From Candidatus Collierbacteria bacterium (GTDB lineage: Bacteria; Patescibacteriota; Microgenomatia; UBA1400; JACPES01), in the NCBI GenBank assembly GCA_016183365.1, contig JACPES010000003.1, positions 473,154 to 537,153 of the forward strand: a stretch of DNA of 64,000 nucleotides. The letters run 5' to 3'. Below are positions 39,107 to 48,303 of the stretch, piece after piece. Within the stretch, counting starts at the first letter, position 1. Each line of letters opens with the position of its first letter. A program made the position numbers and the translations under genes. Below the pieces are notes generated by a model, which saw only the letters and a program-made list of their open reading frames with translations, did not search any database and was not told where the DNA came from.

Positions 39107-40744
39107 ATGGGTTCTTCGATAACAAAACAACAAGTTCAGCACGTGGCGAAACTGGCCAATCTTCAACTTTCTGAAGAAGAATTAGAGCTTTACACCAAGC
39201 AGATTAAGGATATCGTAGGTTATGTCGAGCAACTTGATAAGGTTAAAGTCGACGGAGTGAAACCGACTTATCAGACGTTAGATGGTATGGTTAATGTTTG
39301 GCGGGAAGATGAAGTCGGGATGAGTTTGAGCCAGAATGAAGCGTTGTCGCAAGCTAAAAGAATTGTGGATGGGTATTTTGTAGCCGCTCCAGCACTACGT
39401 TTGCCACTCCCCCTGATCAAATCGGGACGTCGTGGTGTCGCGAGTGCGGAATTCGGGCGTACCAGCGAATTTTTTCAGAGCAAGAATTCGGGTCTGTCCG
39501 AAAATAAATATAACGCGATTTTGACGGAGGTGGATGAAAAGGGAGCGGTTGGGCATAAGGATTTGTTTTTGACAAAGGGGGTCAGAAGCAGCGCAGGATC
39601 AAATGTCTTGCGGGAATATTTGCCGCAATATTCTTCAACCGTAGTTGAACTTTTGGAGAAAGCCGGATTTAAGACAAAATATAAGTTGAATTGCGACGCT
39701 TGGGCCCATGGCAGTAGCGGAGAAAATTCTGATTTTGGGTCGACAAAAAATCCGTGGAATGAGGAATTTACTCCCGGCGGGTCGTCCAGCGGGTCGGCCG
39801 CGGCGGTAGCCGCCGGACTGGTGGATGTCGCCACCGGCACCGATACCGGCGGGTCGATTCGGCTGCCGGCCAGTTTTTGCAACTTGGTGGGATTAAAGTC
39901 GACTTACGGGGCATTGAGCCGGTATGGAATTGTGGCGATGGCGTCGAGTTTGGATTCACCGGGAGTAATTGGGAAATCAGTTAGAGAGGTGAAGAAAGTT
40001 TTCAAAGTGATGGCGGGGAAGGATGAAAGGGATGCGACCAGTCTGGATAGTGTAAAAAGGCCCGGCCTTGTTTTAACAAGGCCGGGCATTATCAGAATTG
40101 GAATTCCAAAGGAATATTTTGATAAAGGGATTGATTTGGAAGTTAGACAAGCGGTCATGACAGCGGTTAAAATTTTGGAGAAGAACGGGTTTAAGATTCA
40201 GGAAATTTCTTTACCGAATTCAAAATACGGAATCGCGGTTTATTACTTGGTCCAAACCACCGAAGTTTCCAGCAATTTAGGCCGATACGATGGTATTCGG
40301 TATGGTTTCGGGCGAGAAAGTTTCGGGGCCGAGGCGAAGCGGCGAATTATGCTGGGGACATTTGCCTCGTCGGCCGGATATTCCGCCAAGTTTTTTGAGA
40401 AAGCCGCTAAGGTGAGAACCTTGATAATTCAGGATTTTGAAAAGGCGTTTAATTCGTCGGCTGACGGAGTGGACGTGATTTTAGGGCCGGTGTCGTCGAC
40501 ACCGCCGTTTAAATTGGGAGAAAAAGCCAATGATCCTTTAACCATGTATTTGTCGGATATTTTGACGGTGTCGGTGAATTTGGCCGGATTGCCGGCGTTG
40601 GCGTTGCCTTGCGGTTTTTCGAAACATAACTTACCGATCGGAATGCAGTTGATAGGGCCACGGTGGTCGGAAAATTTATTGTTTGACGTTGGTGAAGTTT
40701 ATCAAAGTTTGACCAAGTGGCACACCAAAAAGCCACAGGTTTAA
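39107..40744 (+). CDS. gatA: Fused GatC-GatA amidotransferase subunit
   Basis: N-terminal GatC (VQHVAKLANL...WREDE...DGYFV) in one frame with the amidase signature (KD, PGGSSSGS, GTDTGGSIRLPA). Confidence 0.9.
   Translation: MGSSITKQQVQHVAKLANLQLSEEELELYTKQIKDIVGYVEQLDKVKVDGVKPTYQTLDGMVNVWREDEVGMSLSQNEALSQAKRIVDGYFVAAPALRLPLPLIKSGRRGVASAEFGRTSEFFQSKNSGLSENKYNAILTEVDEKGAVGHKDLFLTKGVRSSAGSNVLREYLPQYSSTVVELLEKAGFKTKYKLNCDAWAHGSSGENSDFGSTKNPWNEEFTPGGSSSGSAAAVAAGLVDVATGTDTGGSIRLPASFCNLVGLKSTYGALSRYGIVAMASSLDSPGVIGKSVREVKKVFKVMAGKDERDATSLDSVKRPGLVLTRPGIIRIGIPKEYFDKGIDLEVRQAVMTAVKILEKNGFKIQEISLPNSKYGIAVYYLVQTTEVSSNLGRYDGIRYGFGRESFGAEAKRRIMLGTFASSAGYSAKFFEKAAKVRTLIIQDFEKAFNSSADGVDVILGPVSSTPPFKLGEKANDPLTMYLSDILTVSVNLAGLPALALPCGFSKHNLPIGMQLIGPRWSENLLFDVGEVYQSLTKWHTKKPQV
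39386..39501 (+). repeat. Family A double-hairpin element, copy 4 (GatC/GatA junction)
   Basis: GCTCCAGCACTACG...CGCGAGTGCGGA-ATTCGGGCGTACCAGCGAATTTTT...GGGTCTGTCCGA. Confidence 0.88.
40057..40090. repeat. Family B palindrome in gatA
   Basis: AAGGCCCGGCCTTGTT-TT-AACAAGGCCGGGCATT. Confidence 0.8.
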
Positions 40745-40786
40745 ATTGCTAACAATGAAACAATATAACAATTCAGCAATATATTT

Positions 40787-42172
40787 ATGACCGGAAGTTT
40801 TAACTATATCCCCATCATTGGCCTAGAAATACACGTCGAGTTGAAGTCGAATTCCAAGATGTTTTGCGGATGCAGAAATGATCCGTTCGGAGCTTCAAAA
40901 CCTAATATTTATACTTGTCCTGTTTGCTTGGGATTGCCGGGAGCTCTGCCGGTACCGAATAAGAAAGCGATTGAATCAACCGTAAAATTAGGCTTAGGTT
41001 TGGGTTGTGAAATAAATAGAGAATCGCGGTTTGACCGGAAACATTATTTTTATCCCGATTTGCCGAAAGGATATCAGATTAGCCAATACGAGAGGCCATT
41101 CGCGACGAATGGAAGGTTACAGGTTACAGGTTACAGGTTAGAAAAGAAAACAGTAAGAATACGGAGGGTGCATTTGGAGGAGGATACGGGGAAATTGTTA
41201 CATCGAAAAATAAACGGCGAGGAAGTTTCATTGATTGACTTTAATCGATCGGGAGTTCCACTTGTCGAAATTGTGACTGAACCGGATATTAGGTCAGCTG
41301 AAGAAGCCAAAGAAACTGCCAAAAAAATTCACCGGATTGTCAGATCTTTGGAAGTTTCCGATGCGGATATGGAGAAGGGGTCAATGAGACTAGAGGCGAA
41401 TATTAGTATGTTTAAAGGCCTGGCCTTCGAGTACAAAGGCCAGGCCTTACCGAACTATAAGGTGGAGATCAAGAATATAAATTCATTCCGGTTTTTGGAG
41501 AGAGCGATTGAAGAAGAGATTGAGAGGCAGAGGAAAATTTTGGAATCAGGAAAAGAAGTTAAGCAGGAGACCAGAGGCTGGGATACTCAATCTATGACTT
41601 CTAAATCCCAAAGGACTAAAGAAGAAGCCGCGGATTACCGGTATTTTCCGGAACCGGATATCCCGCCGATTTCTTTGTCAGATGATTGGATATCAAAAAT
41701 CAAAACTCAAATCTCGAAACTTCCGGAAGAAATATATGAAGAATTGATTAGAGCCGGAGTGGCGGAACAAGCCGCAAGGATAATTTCGGCGAATAAAGAT
41801 TTGGCAGCAAAGGTACAAGAAAGTACAATAAAGTACAATAAAGTACAAAAAGATGAGGAATTAGAGGCAAAAGAAATCGGAAATTTTGGGAACTGGGTAC
41901 TGCATCATCAGCTGGAAGTCAGGGAAAAGCCGGCAGAGGAACTGATCTATTTATTTAAGCAAGGGAAAGAGGGGATAGTTTCCGATTCGGAGCAGCTTGA
42001 GGGATGGGTTTTGGGAGTAATCGAAGATAATCCTCGAGCGGTGGCTGATTTTAAGGCCGGAAAACAGCAGGCGATTGGATTTTTGATTGGACAAGTCCAA
42101 CGTTTGGCAGGGGGTAAGGCGGATGTCAAAAAAGTTAAAGAAATTTTGCTAGAAAAAATTACGAATAAATAA
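40787..42172 (+). CDS. gatB: Asp/Glu-tRNA amidotransferase subunit B with three repeat insertions
   Basis: IGLEIHVEL, YFYPDLPKGYQISQ, HLEEDTGK, YRYFPEPD. Confidence 0.96.
   Translation: MTGSFNYIPIIGLEIHVELKSNSKMFCGCRNDPFGASKPNIYTCPVCLGLPGALPVPNKKAIESTVKLGLGLGCEINRESRFDRKHYFYPDLPKGYQISQYERPFATNGRLQVTGYRLEKKTVRIRRVHLEEDTGKLLHRKINGEEVSLIDFNRSGVPLVEIVTEPDIRSAEEAKETAKKIHRIVRSLEVSDADMEKGSMRLEANISMFKGLAFEYKGQALPNYKVEIKNINSFRFLERAIEEEIERQRKILESGKEVKQETRGWDTQSMTSKSQRTKEEAADYRYFPEPDIPPISLSDDWISKIKTQISKLPEEIYEELIRAGVAEQAARIISANKDLAAKVQESTIKYNKVQKDEELEAKEIGNFGNWVLHHQLEVREKPAEELIYLFKQGKEGIVSDSEQLEGWVLGVIEDNPRAVADFKAGKQQAIGFLIGQVQRLAGGKADVKKVKEILLEKITNK
41415..41448. repeat. Family B element in gatB
   Basis: AAGGCCTGGCCTTCGAGTACAAAGGCCAGGCCTT. 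Confidence 0.85.
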
Positions 42173-42177
42173 AATAA

Positions 42178-42250
42178 AATGGTTACAATGGCTAAAAGGA
42201 CTACAATGGCTAAACTAAACCTATAACCATTCTAACCATTCTGACCATTT
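42178..42250. repeat. Inverted array of 9-mer AATGGTTA/TAACCATT repeats between gatB and dnaE
   Basis: AATGGTTACAATGGCTA...TAACCATTCTAACCATTCTGACCATT. Confidence 0.7.
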
Positions 42251-45200
42251 ATGTCTTTCGTCCATCTCCACGTCCATTCAGAATACTCCCTTTTAGACGG
42301 TTTGCCGAAAATCGCCAAACTGATAAAAAGAGCCAAGGAGTTAAAAATGCCGGCTTTGGCCATCACCGACCACGGGGCAATGTACGGAGCGGTCAAGTTT
42401 TATAACGCCGCGATGGAGTCGGATATCAAACCGATTATCGGGGTGGAGGCGTATATGGCCCAAAGAAGCCGGTTTGACAAGGAAGTTTCGGTGGATAAGG
42501 AATTAAGACATCAGTTGCTGCTGGCTAAAAATGAAACCGGTTATAAAAATTTAATGAAGTTGGTAACTCAAGCCAATTTGGAAGGTTTTTATTATAAGCC
42601 GCGGATTGACAGAGAATTGTTAAAAATTTATCACGAAGGGATTATTGCCACCTCCAGCTGTTTACAGGGAGAAATTCCCCGCTTGATATTAAAAAGTCAG
42701 ATGGATGAGGCTAAATCAACCCTTAAGTGGTACCTGGATGTTTTTGGCGAAAATTATTATCTGGAACTGCAAAAGCACGTCAATATTCCGGAACTGGAAA
42801 TGGTTAATTCTCAATTGATAAAGTTTTCCCGGGAATTCGGAGTGCCTTTGGTAGCTACCAACGACGTCCATTATATTAATGCCGATGATGCCGAAGCTCA
42901 AGACGCTTTATTGGCGGTAGGGACCAAAAAATTGCTGACTGACAAAGACCGGTTGACAATGATCGCTTCGCCGGATTTTTATTTAAAAACCGCAGCGGAA
43001 ATGGAAAAAATGTTTTCCGACAATCCGGAAGCTTTGAGTAATACCCTTAAAATTGCCGACAAGTGTCAGGTTAGCCTGCAATCCGGAAAATGGATTTTGC
43101 CCCGATATCCGTTAGATCGGGGGGAAACCCCCGAATTGGCTTTGGCCAGAATGACCGAAGAGGGATTAAACTCAAGATTTGGACAAGTTTCAGACCAAAT
43201 AAAGCAGAGAGTGGATTATGAATTGGGAATAATTTGCCGCAAGGGCTTTGCCACTTATTTTCTGATTGTTCAGGATTTTGTCAATTGGGCTAAAAATGAA
43301 GGAATCAGGGTAGGTCCCGGCAGGGGCAGCGTTGCCGGTTCGTTGGTGGCTTATGGATTGAGAATAACATCTATAAATCCGCTGGAACATAATATCCCGT
43401 TTGAAAGATTTATGAATCCTGACCGGCCGACCCCGCCGGACATTGATATGGATTTTGCCGATGACCGCCGGGATGAAGTTATCCATTATGTGACCCAAAA
43501 ATACGGCCAAGAAAAAGTGGCCCAGATAATCACTTTCGGGACGATGGAGGCCAGGCAGGCGGTACGGGATATCGGCCGGGTAATGAATGTGGCCTATTCA
43601 ACCTGCGATAAATTGGCTAAATTGATTCCCTTGAAATCAGGCTTAAGAGAAGCGATCAATTCCAGCCTGGAAATGCAGGAGATGGGCCGGGATCCGCAAA
43701 TCGCCAAATTATTCGGGTTGGTGGAAAAAGTGGAAGGAGTTACCCGCCACGCTTCGACTCACGCCGCCGGCGTAGTCATCGCCGATAAAGATATTACCGA
43801 ATACACCCCGGTCCAGAAAGAAACCGGCAGCGACCGGATTATGACCCAATATGATATGTACAGTTTGGATCTAAATGTTTCGGACAAAGCCATCGGGCTA
43901 TTGAAAATGGACTTTTTGGGACTAAGGAATTTGACGATTTTAGGCCGGGCGGTTGAGCTGGTAAAAGAATACGAAAAAGTTGACGTCGATTTGTCGGAAA
44001 TTCCGCTGGATGAACCGTTGGTTTATGAGCTGATATCCAGCGGGGAAACTACCGGAATATTTCAGTTGGAAAGCCAGGGAATGAGGCGGTTGGCCCGGAA
44101 TCTTAAACCGACTAAATTCAGCGATATAACCGCGATGGTGGCTTTGTTCAGGCCCGGGCCGATGGAACTGATTGACGATTTTATTGAAGGTAAAAAACAT
44201 CCGGATAAAATTAAATATTTACATCAGGCTTTAAAACCGATTTTGGCTCCGACTTACGGAGTGGCGGTTTATCAGGAGCAATGCATGCAAATCGCCAATC
44301 AGGTGGCCGGTTATTCCATGGCCGAGGCCGATAATTTACGCCGTGCCATCGGCAAAAAGAAACGTTCAATCATGCAGATTGAAAAAAAGAAATTTATTGC
44401 CGGAGCCGCAAAAAATAATTACTCTAAAGAGGTGGCAGATAAAATTTGGGGATTTATCGAAAAATTCGTCGGGTACGGTTTCAACATTCCCCATTCCGTC
44501 AGTTACGCCATGATCGCTTATCAAACGGCTTATATGAAAATTAAATATCCGGTGGAATATATGACGGCGATGCTGACGGCCGAAAGCCGGTCTATATCCG
44601 GTCCGAATAGAGATTTTAAAATGGCCCAAGGGGTAAATGAATGCCGCAGGCTGGGAATTGCGGTTTTACCTCCTGACATTAATAAATCTTTGGAAGATTT
44701 TTCCATCGATAGTTTTGCCGACAGCCTGCAGTTTAAGGCAATAAGATTCGGATTGGCGGCTATAAAAAATATTGGATCGGCGGCGGTAAATTCAATTTTG
44801 GATGAAAGGAAAAAAGGGGAATTTACCTCATTGCCGAATTTTTTGAGCCGGGCTGATTCTCAAAAAGTAAATAAAAAAGTAATTGAAAGTCTGATAAAAG
44901 TCGGAGCCTTGGATTCATTCGGTAAAAAAACTTCCCAACTGTCGGTTCTGGATGAATTGAGATTACAAATCGCGGCTAGACAAAAATTAGCAGATTCCGG
45001 ACAGGGGAGTTTGTTTGCGGATTTTGAGGGAGAGGCTAAAACAAACAGTCAATTGGCGATGCCGGATTTAGCGGAATTTCCGGCCGAAGATTTAGCGAAT
45101 TTTCAAAAAGAATTATTGGGGATTTATTTAAGCGATAATCCGATGGTTAAACTTCTGGAACCGGTTACAAATTTAATTACTGATAGAGCCATGGATTTAA

Positions 45201-45721
45201 CCGAAGAATCGACCGGGAAAATGGTGATCATGGCCGGAGTCGTTACCCGGTCGCGGACGGTTCAGACTAAGAGATCAAATCAAACCATGTGTTTTGCCAG
45301 CGTAGAAGATGAAACCGGCAGTATCGAAGCGGTGGTTTTTCCGTCTATTTATGAAAAGGTCGGCCAATGTTTTGTTAAGGACAGCGCGGTTTTAGTTTCA
45401 GGGAAAATTGATTTCAAAGAAGATAAATTGCATTTGATAGTCGATAAAGCCATAGATCTTAGGAGTAGTCCAAGTTCTGATCAATTGGCTGTTTTTTCCA
45501 AGAATATCAATTTCGGATCGGCTAAAACCATTTCAATTTCCCGGGGAACCCCAAAATCCGTTTTGTCATCTTTAGCTTCGCTTTTAAAAAGCCACTCTGG
45601 TCCGGTTAGGGTTAAAGTCCTGTTGCCAAATAGCGACGGGTCGGTAAAAACTTTGGATTTGCCGTATGGGGTGAATTGGGCGGAGGTTGAAAGGGAAGTC
45701 CAATCTCTGATAAAATCCTAA
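42251..45721 (+). CDS. dnaE: DNA polymerase III alpha subunit
   Basis: HLHVHSEYSLLDG, GRGS, PDIDMDF, KMDFLGL, OB-fold C-terminus. Confidence 0.97.
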   Translation: MSFVHLHVHSEYSLLDGLPKIAKLIKRAKELKMPALAITDHGAMYGAVKFYNAAMESDIKPIIGVEAYMAQRSRFDKEVSVDKELRHQLLLAKNETGYKNLMKLVTQANLEGFYYKPRIDRELLKIYHEGIIATSSCLQGEIPRLILKSQMDEAKSTLKWYLDVFGENYYLELQKHVNIPELEMVNSQLIKFSREFGVPLVATNDVHYINADDAEAQDALLAVGTKKLLTDKDRLTMIASPDFYLKTAAEMEKMFSDNPEALSNTLKIADKCQVSLQSGKWILPRYPLDRGETPELALARMTEEGLNSRFGQVSDQIKQRVDYELGIICRKGFATYFLIVQDFVNWAKNEGIRVGPGRGSVAGSLVAYGLRITSINPLEHNIPFERFMNPDRPTPPDIDMDFADDRRDEVIHYVTQKYGQEKVAQIITFGTMEARQAVRDIGRVMNVAYSTCDKLAKLIPLKSGLREAINSSLEMQEMGRDPQIAKLFGLVEKVEGVTRHASTHAAGVVIADKDITEYTPVQKETGSDRIMTQYDMYSLDLNVSDKAIGLLKMDFLGLRNLTILGRAVELVKEYEKVDVDLSEIPLDEPLVYELISSGETTGIFQLESQGMRRLARNLKPTKFSDITAMVALFRPGPMELIDDFIEGKKHPDKIKYLHQALKPILAPTYGVAVYQEQCMQIANQVAGYSMAEADNLRRAIGKKKRSIMQIEKKKFIAGAAKNNYSKEVADKIWGFIEKFVGYGFNIPHSVSYAMIAYQTAYMKIKYPVEYMTAMLTAESRSISGPNRDFKMAQGVNECRRLGIAVLPPDINKSLEDFSIDSFADSLQFKAIRFGLAAIKNIGSAAVNSILDERKKGEFTSLPNFLSRADSQKVNKKVIESLIKVGALDSFGKKTSQLSVLDELRLQIAARQKLADSGQGSLFADFEGEAKTNSQLAMPDLAEFPAEDLANFQKELLGIYLSDNPMVKLLEPVTNLITDRAMDLTEESTGKMVIMAGVVTRSRTVQTKRSNQTMCFASVEDETGSIEAVVFPSIYEKVGQCFVKDSAVLVSGKIDFKEDKLHLIVDKAIDLRSSPSSDQLAVFSKNINFGSAKTISISRGTPKSVLSSLASLLKSHSGPVRVKVLLPNSDGSVKTLDLPYGVNWAEVEREVQSLIKS

Positions 45722-45722
45722 A

Positions 45723-47441
45723 GTGCGGCAAGTAAAATATATTTTTATTTCCGGCGGAGTGCTTTCCGGGTTAGGAAAAGGAATTGCTTCAGCCTCCATC
45801 GGTTTTTTATTAAAATCCCGTGGGATAAAAGTTACTCCGGTTAAGTGCGAAAACTATCTGAATATTGACTCGGGACTGATTAATCCGATTGAGCACGGCG
45901 ACCCCTTTTTGTGCGAAGACGGAACGGAATCCGATATGGATTTAGGAACTTATGAAAGATTTTTAGACCAAAATATGGGTTGGGAAAATTTTGTGACCAT
46001 GGGTCAAATTTACCGTCAGGTGATTGAAGATGAACGGAACTATAAATATAAAGGCGAAGATGTCGAAGCCATTCCTCATGTGGTAAATGAAATAATCAGG
46101 CGGATTAAATTGGCCGGAGAAAAGACTAAAGCCGATATAGTCTTAGTGGAATTGGGCGGAACTACCGGTGAATATCAAAATGTTTTGTATTATGAAGCGG
46201 CCCGGGAAATGAAACTGGAGGATTTGCGTAATGACCATGGGCACAAGGTTATTCATATTCATGTTAGCTATTTGCCGATTCCTAAACATCTAGGCGAGCC
46301 AAAAACTAAGCCCACTCAATTGTCTATTAGGACTTTAATGGGGATGGGGATTCAGCCGGATTTTCTGATCGCCAGGTGCGAGAAAGAAATTGATGCCAGA
46401 AGAAAATATTTGTTGTCTTTAACTTGCAATTTGAGGGACGAAAATATAGTTTCCAGTCCTGACGTGTCTTCGGTTTATCAGGTACCCTTAGGTTTTAAAA
46501 AACAAAATTTAGATATCAGAATTCTTAAGGCTTTAAATCTTCAGACGGGTAAATCAAGCTTAAACGAATGGAATAAATTGGTTAATTCTATTTCTTCCCC
46601 TAAAAAACATCAGTTGAAAATCGCGATAGTTGGCAAATATTTCAAAACCGGCCGGGAATTTATGCTGGGCGATTCTTATGCCGCTTTGTTTGAGGCTTTA
46701 AAACACGCCGCCTGGGGGCAAGCGTTTGGTCTGAATCTAAAGTGGATCAGCGCGGAGGAAGTTGAAGAAAAAGACGCTAAAAAACTGTTATCAGGGGTAG
46801 ACGGCATAGTTGTTCCCATCGGATGGGGAAAACGGGGAGCGGAAGGAAAAATTTCAGCCGTTCATTATGCCCGGATTAACAAAGTACCGTTTTTAGGTTT
46901 ATGTTATGGGATGCAATTGGCTTGCGTAGAGTTTGCCCGTTATGAATTGGGGCTGAAGGATGCCAACACCTCGGAAAATGATCCGACCACTTCCAATCCG
47001 ATAATTCATGACATTCTCGAAAGAGCTGAACTTATGACCATAAAAAGCCGGGGGGTGGCGATGAGACTAGGAGGATGGGATTTTAAAGTTAAGCCAGGCA
47101 CAATTCTTGATCACATTTATTCCAAACATAATTTATACATTAATTCAAAAGACAGGGTCGGATCAGTCCGCCACCGTCATCGGTTTGAGTTTAACAACGA
47201 TTATATTCAAGATTTAGAAAAGAAAGGAATGGTGATTTCGGCTATGTCGGTAAAAGGGAATTTTGTGGACTGGGTCGAACTGCCTCAATCAATCCATCCT
47301 TTTTTTATCGGGACTCAAGGCCATCCGGAGTATTCTTCAAGGCCCTTAAAACCCCATCCGGTATTTCTGGAATTCCTCAAAGCCTGTTATAATAATCAAT
47401 TACCTTGTCATTCCCGCGAAACCGGGAAACTATTTATATAG
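45723..47441 (+). CDS. pyrG: CTP synthase
   Basis: GGVLSGLGKG, KTKPTQ, GLCYGMQ, RHRHRFE, GHPE. Confidence 0.97.
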   Translation: MRQVKYIFISGGVLSGLGKGIASASIGFLLKSRGIKVTPVKCENYLNIDSGLINPIEHGDPFLCEDGTESDMDLGTYERFLDQNMGWENFVTMGQIYRQVIEDERNYKYKGEDVEAIPHVVNEIIRRIKLAGEKTKADIVLVELGGTTGEYQNVLYYEAAREMKLEDLRNDHGHKVIHIHVSYLPIPKHLGEPKTKPTQLSIRTLMGMGIQPDFLIARCEKEIDARRKYLLSLTCNLRDENIVSSPDVSSVYQVPLGFKKQNLDIRILKALNLQTGKSSLNEWNKLVNSISSPKKHQLKIAIVGKYFKTGREFMLGDSYAALFEALKHAAWGQAFGLNLKWISAEEVEEKDAKKLLSGVDGIVVPIGWGKRGAEGKISAVHYARINKVPFLGLCYGMQLACVEFARYELGLKDANTSENDPTTSNPIIHDILERAELMTIKSRGVAMRLGGWDFKVKPGTILDHIYSKHNLYINSKDRVGSVRHRHRFEFNNDYIQDLEKKGMVISAMSVKGNFVDWVELPQSIHPFFIGTQGHPEYSSRPLKPHPVFLEFLKACYNNQLPCHSRETGKLFI

Positions 47442-47485
47442 ATTACGGATTCCTCAATAGTCGGGCAGGCAAGTCCGAAATGACA
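47406..47485. repeat. Family D element (TGTCATTCCC...AATGACA) overlapping the pyrG 3' end
   Basis: TGTCATTCCCGCGAAACCGGGAAAC...GGATTCC...CCGAAATGACA; contains the pyrG stop. Confidence 0.7.
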
Positions 47486-47516
47486 GAAAAAACGACTTAT
47501 GGAATAGTTTCATTAT

Positions 47517-47969
47517 ATGTCTTTACAGACTATTGTTTGCAATACTACTGTTAATATAGGAGATAGCGTCATCATCGGACAAAGAATCCGTGAAGGCGAG
47601 AAGGATAGAATTCAAAATTTTTCCGGAGTAGTTATCGCTATAAAAGGAGAAAAAAGTGAAAGGACCTTTACGATTCGGCGAATTGCGGCCGCAGCCATCG
47701 GGGTGGAAAAAATCTTTCCGGTAGATATGCCCGGTTTGGTTTCGGTTAAAATTGTGAAACAAGCCGCGGTCAGAAGAAGCAAGTTGTATTTTTTAAGAGA
47801 AAGAATCGGTAAAGCGGCGTTGCAATTACCTGAAAAGAAAACGAAGCCCCGTACCTCGCATGGTGCGCTGGTAAAGACCGTAAAAGCCAATGAAAACAAA
47901 CAAAAACGAGCTAAAAATTTTGGGAAGCCTGGGGGAAGAGGACGCCAGAAAATATCTTCAAAAAAATAA
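47517..47969 (+). CDS. rplS: 50S ribosomal protein L19 with extended C-terminus
   Basis: EGEKDRIQNFSG, TFTIRRI, GVEKIFP, VRRSKLYFLR. Confidence 0.95.
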   Translation: MSLQTIVCNTTVNIGDSVIIGQRIREGEKDRIQNFSGVVIAIKGEKSERTFTIRRIAAAAIGVEKIFPVDMPGLVSVKIVKQAAVRRSKLYFLRERIGKAALQLPEKKTKPRTSHGALVKTVKANENKQKRAKNFGKPGGRGRQKISSKK

Positions 47970-48282
47970 AGGATTTAAGTTTATAGCTCGCAATTTTCGG
48001 ACTCAATGGGGAGAATTGGATTTGATTATGGAAGAAGGTAAGACTGTGGTGTTTGTGGAGGTTAAGGCCAGAGTAACTCCGTCCCTGGGTTCTCCTTTGG
48101 AATATATTGATCCTACTAAAATCCGCCATTTAAAAAAGGCTATTGATTTTTACTTAAGTCGTAAAGAGTGGGAAGACAGATCGTGTAGATTGGATGCGGT
48201 GGGACTGGTGTACGAGATTGGAACGGATGAAGGATACCTGCTTAAAGATATCGAATATGTTCAGGATTTGACCGGGTGGTAA
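47890..48282 (+). CDS. YraN family endonuclease-like protein
   Basis: GEEDA, ARNFR...GELDLI, VFVEVKAR, RLDAV. Confidence 0.9.
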   Translation: MKTNKNELKILGSLGEEDARKYLQKNKGFKFIARNFRTQWGELDLIMEEGKTVVFVEVKARVTPSLGSPLEYIDPTKIRHLKKAIDFYLSRKEWEDRSCRLDAVGLVYEIGTDEGYLLKDIEYVQDLTGW

Positions 48283-48303
48283 AAGAAAGTGCAAAGTTCA
48301 AAG

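Noticed and set aside
7324-39501. Inteins or group I/II introns as the explanation for the in-frame inserts
   Set aside because: Inserts are about 40 codons or fewer, lack intein Cys/Ser...His-Asn ends, occur in different frames, and are far shorter than self-splicing introns.
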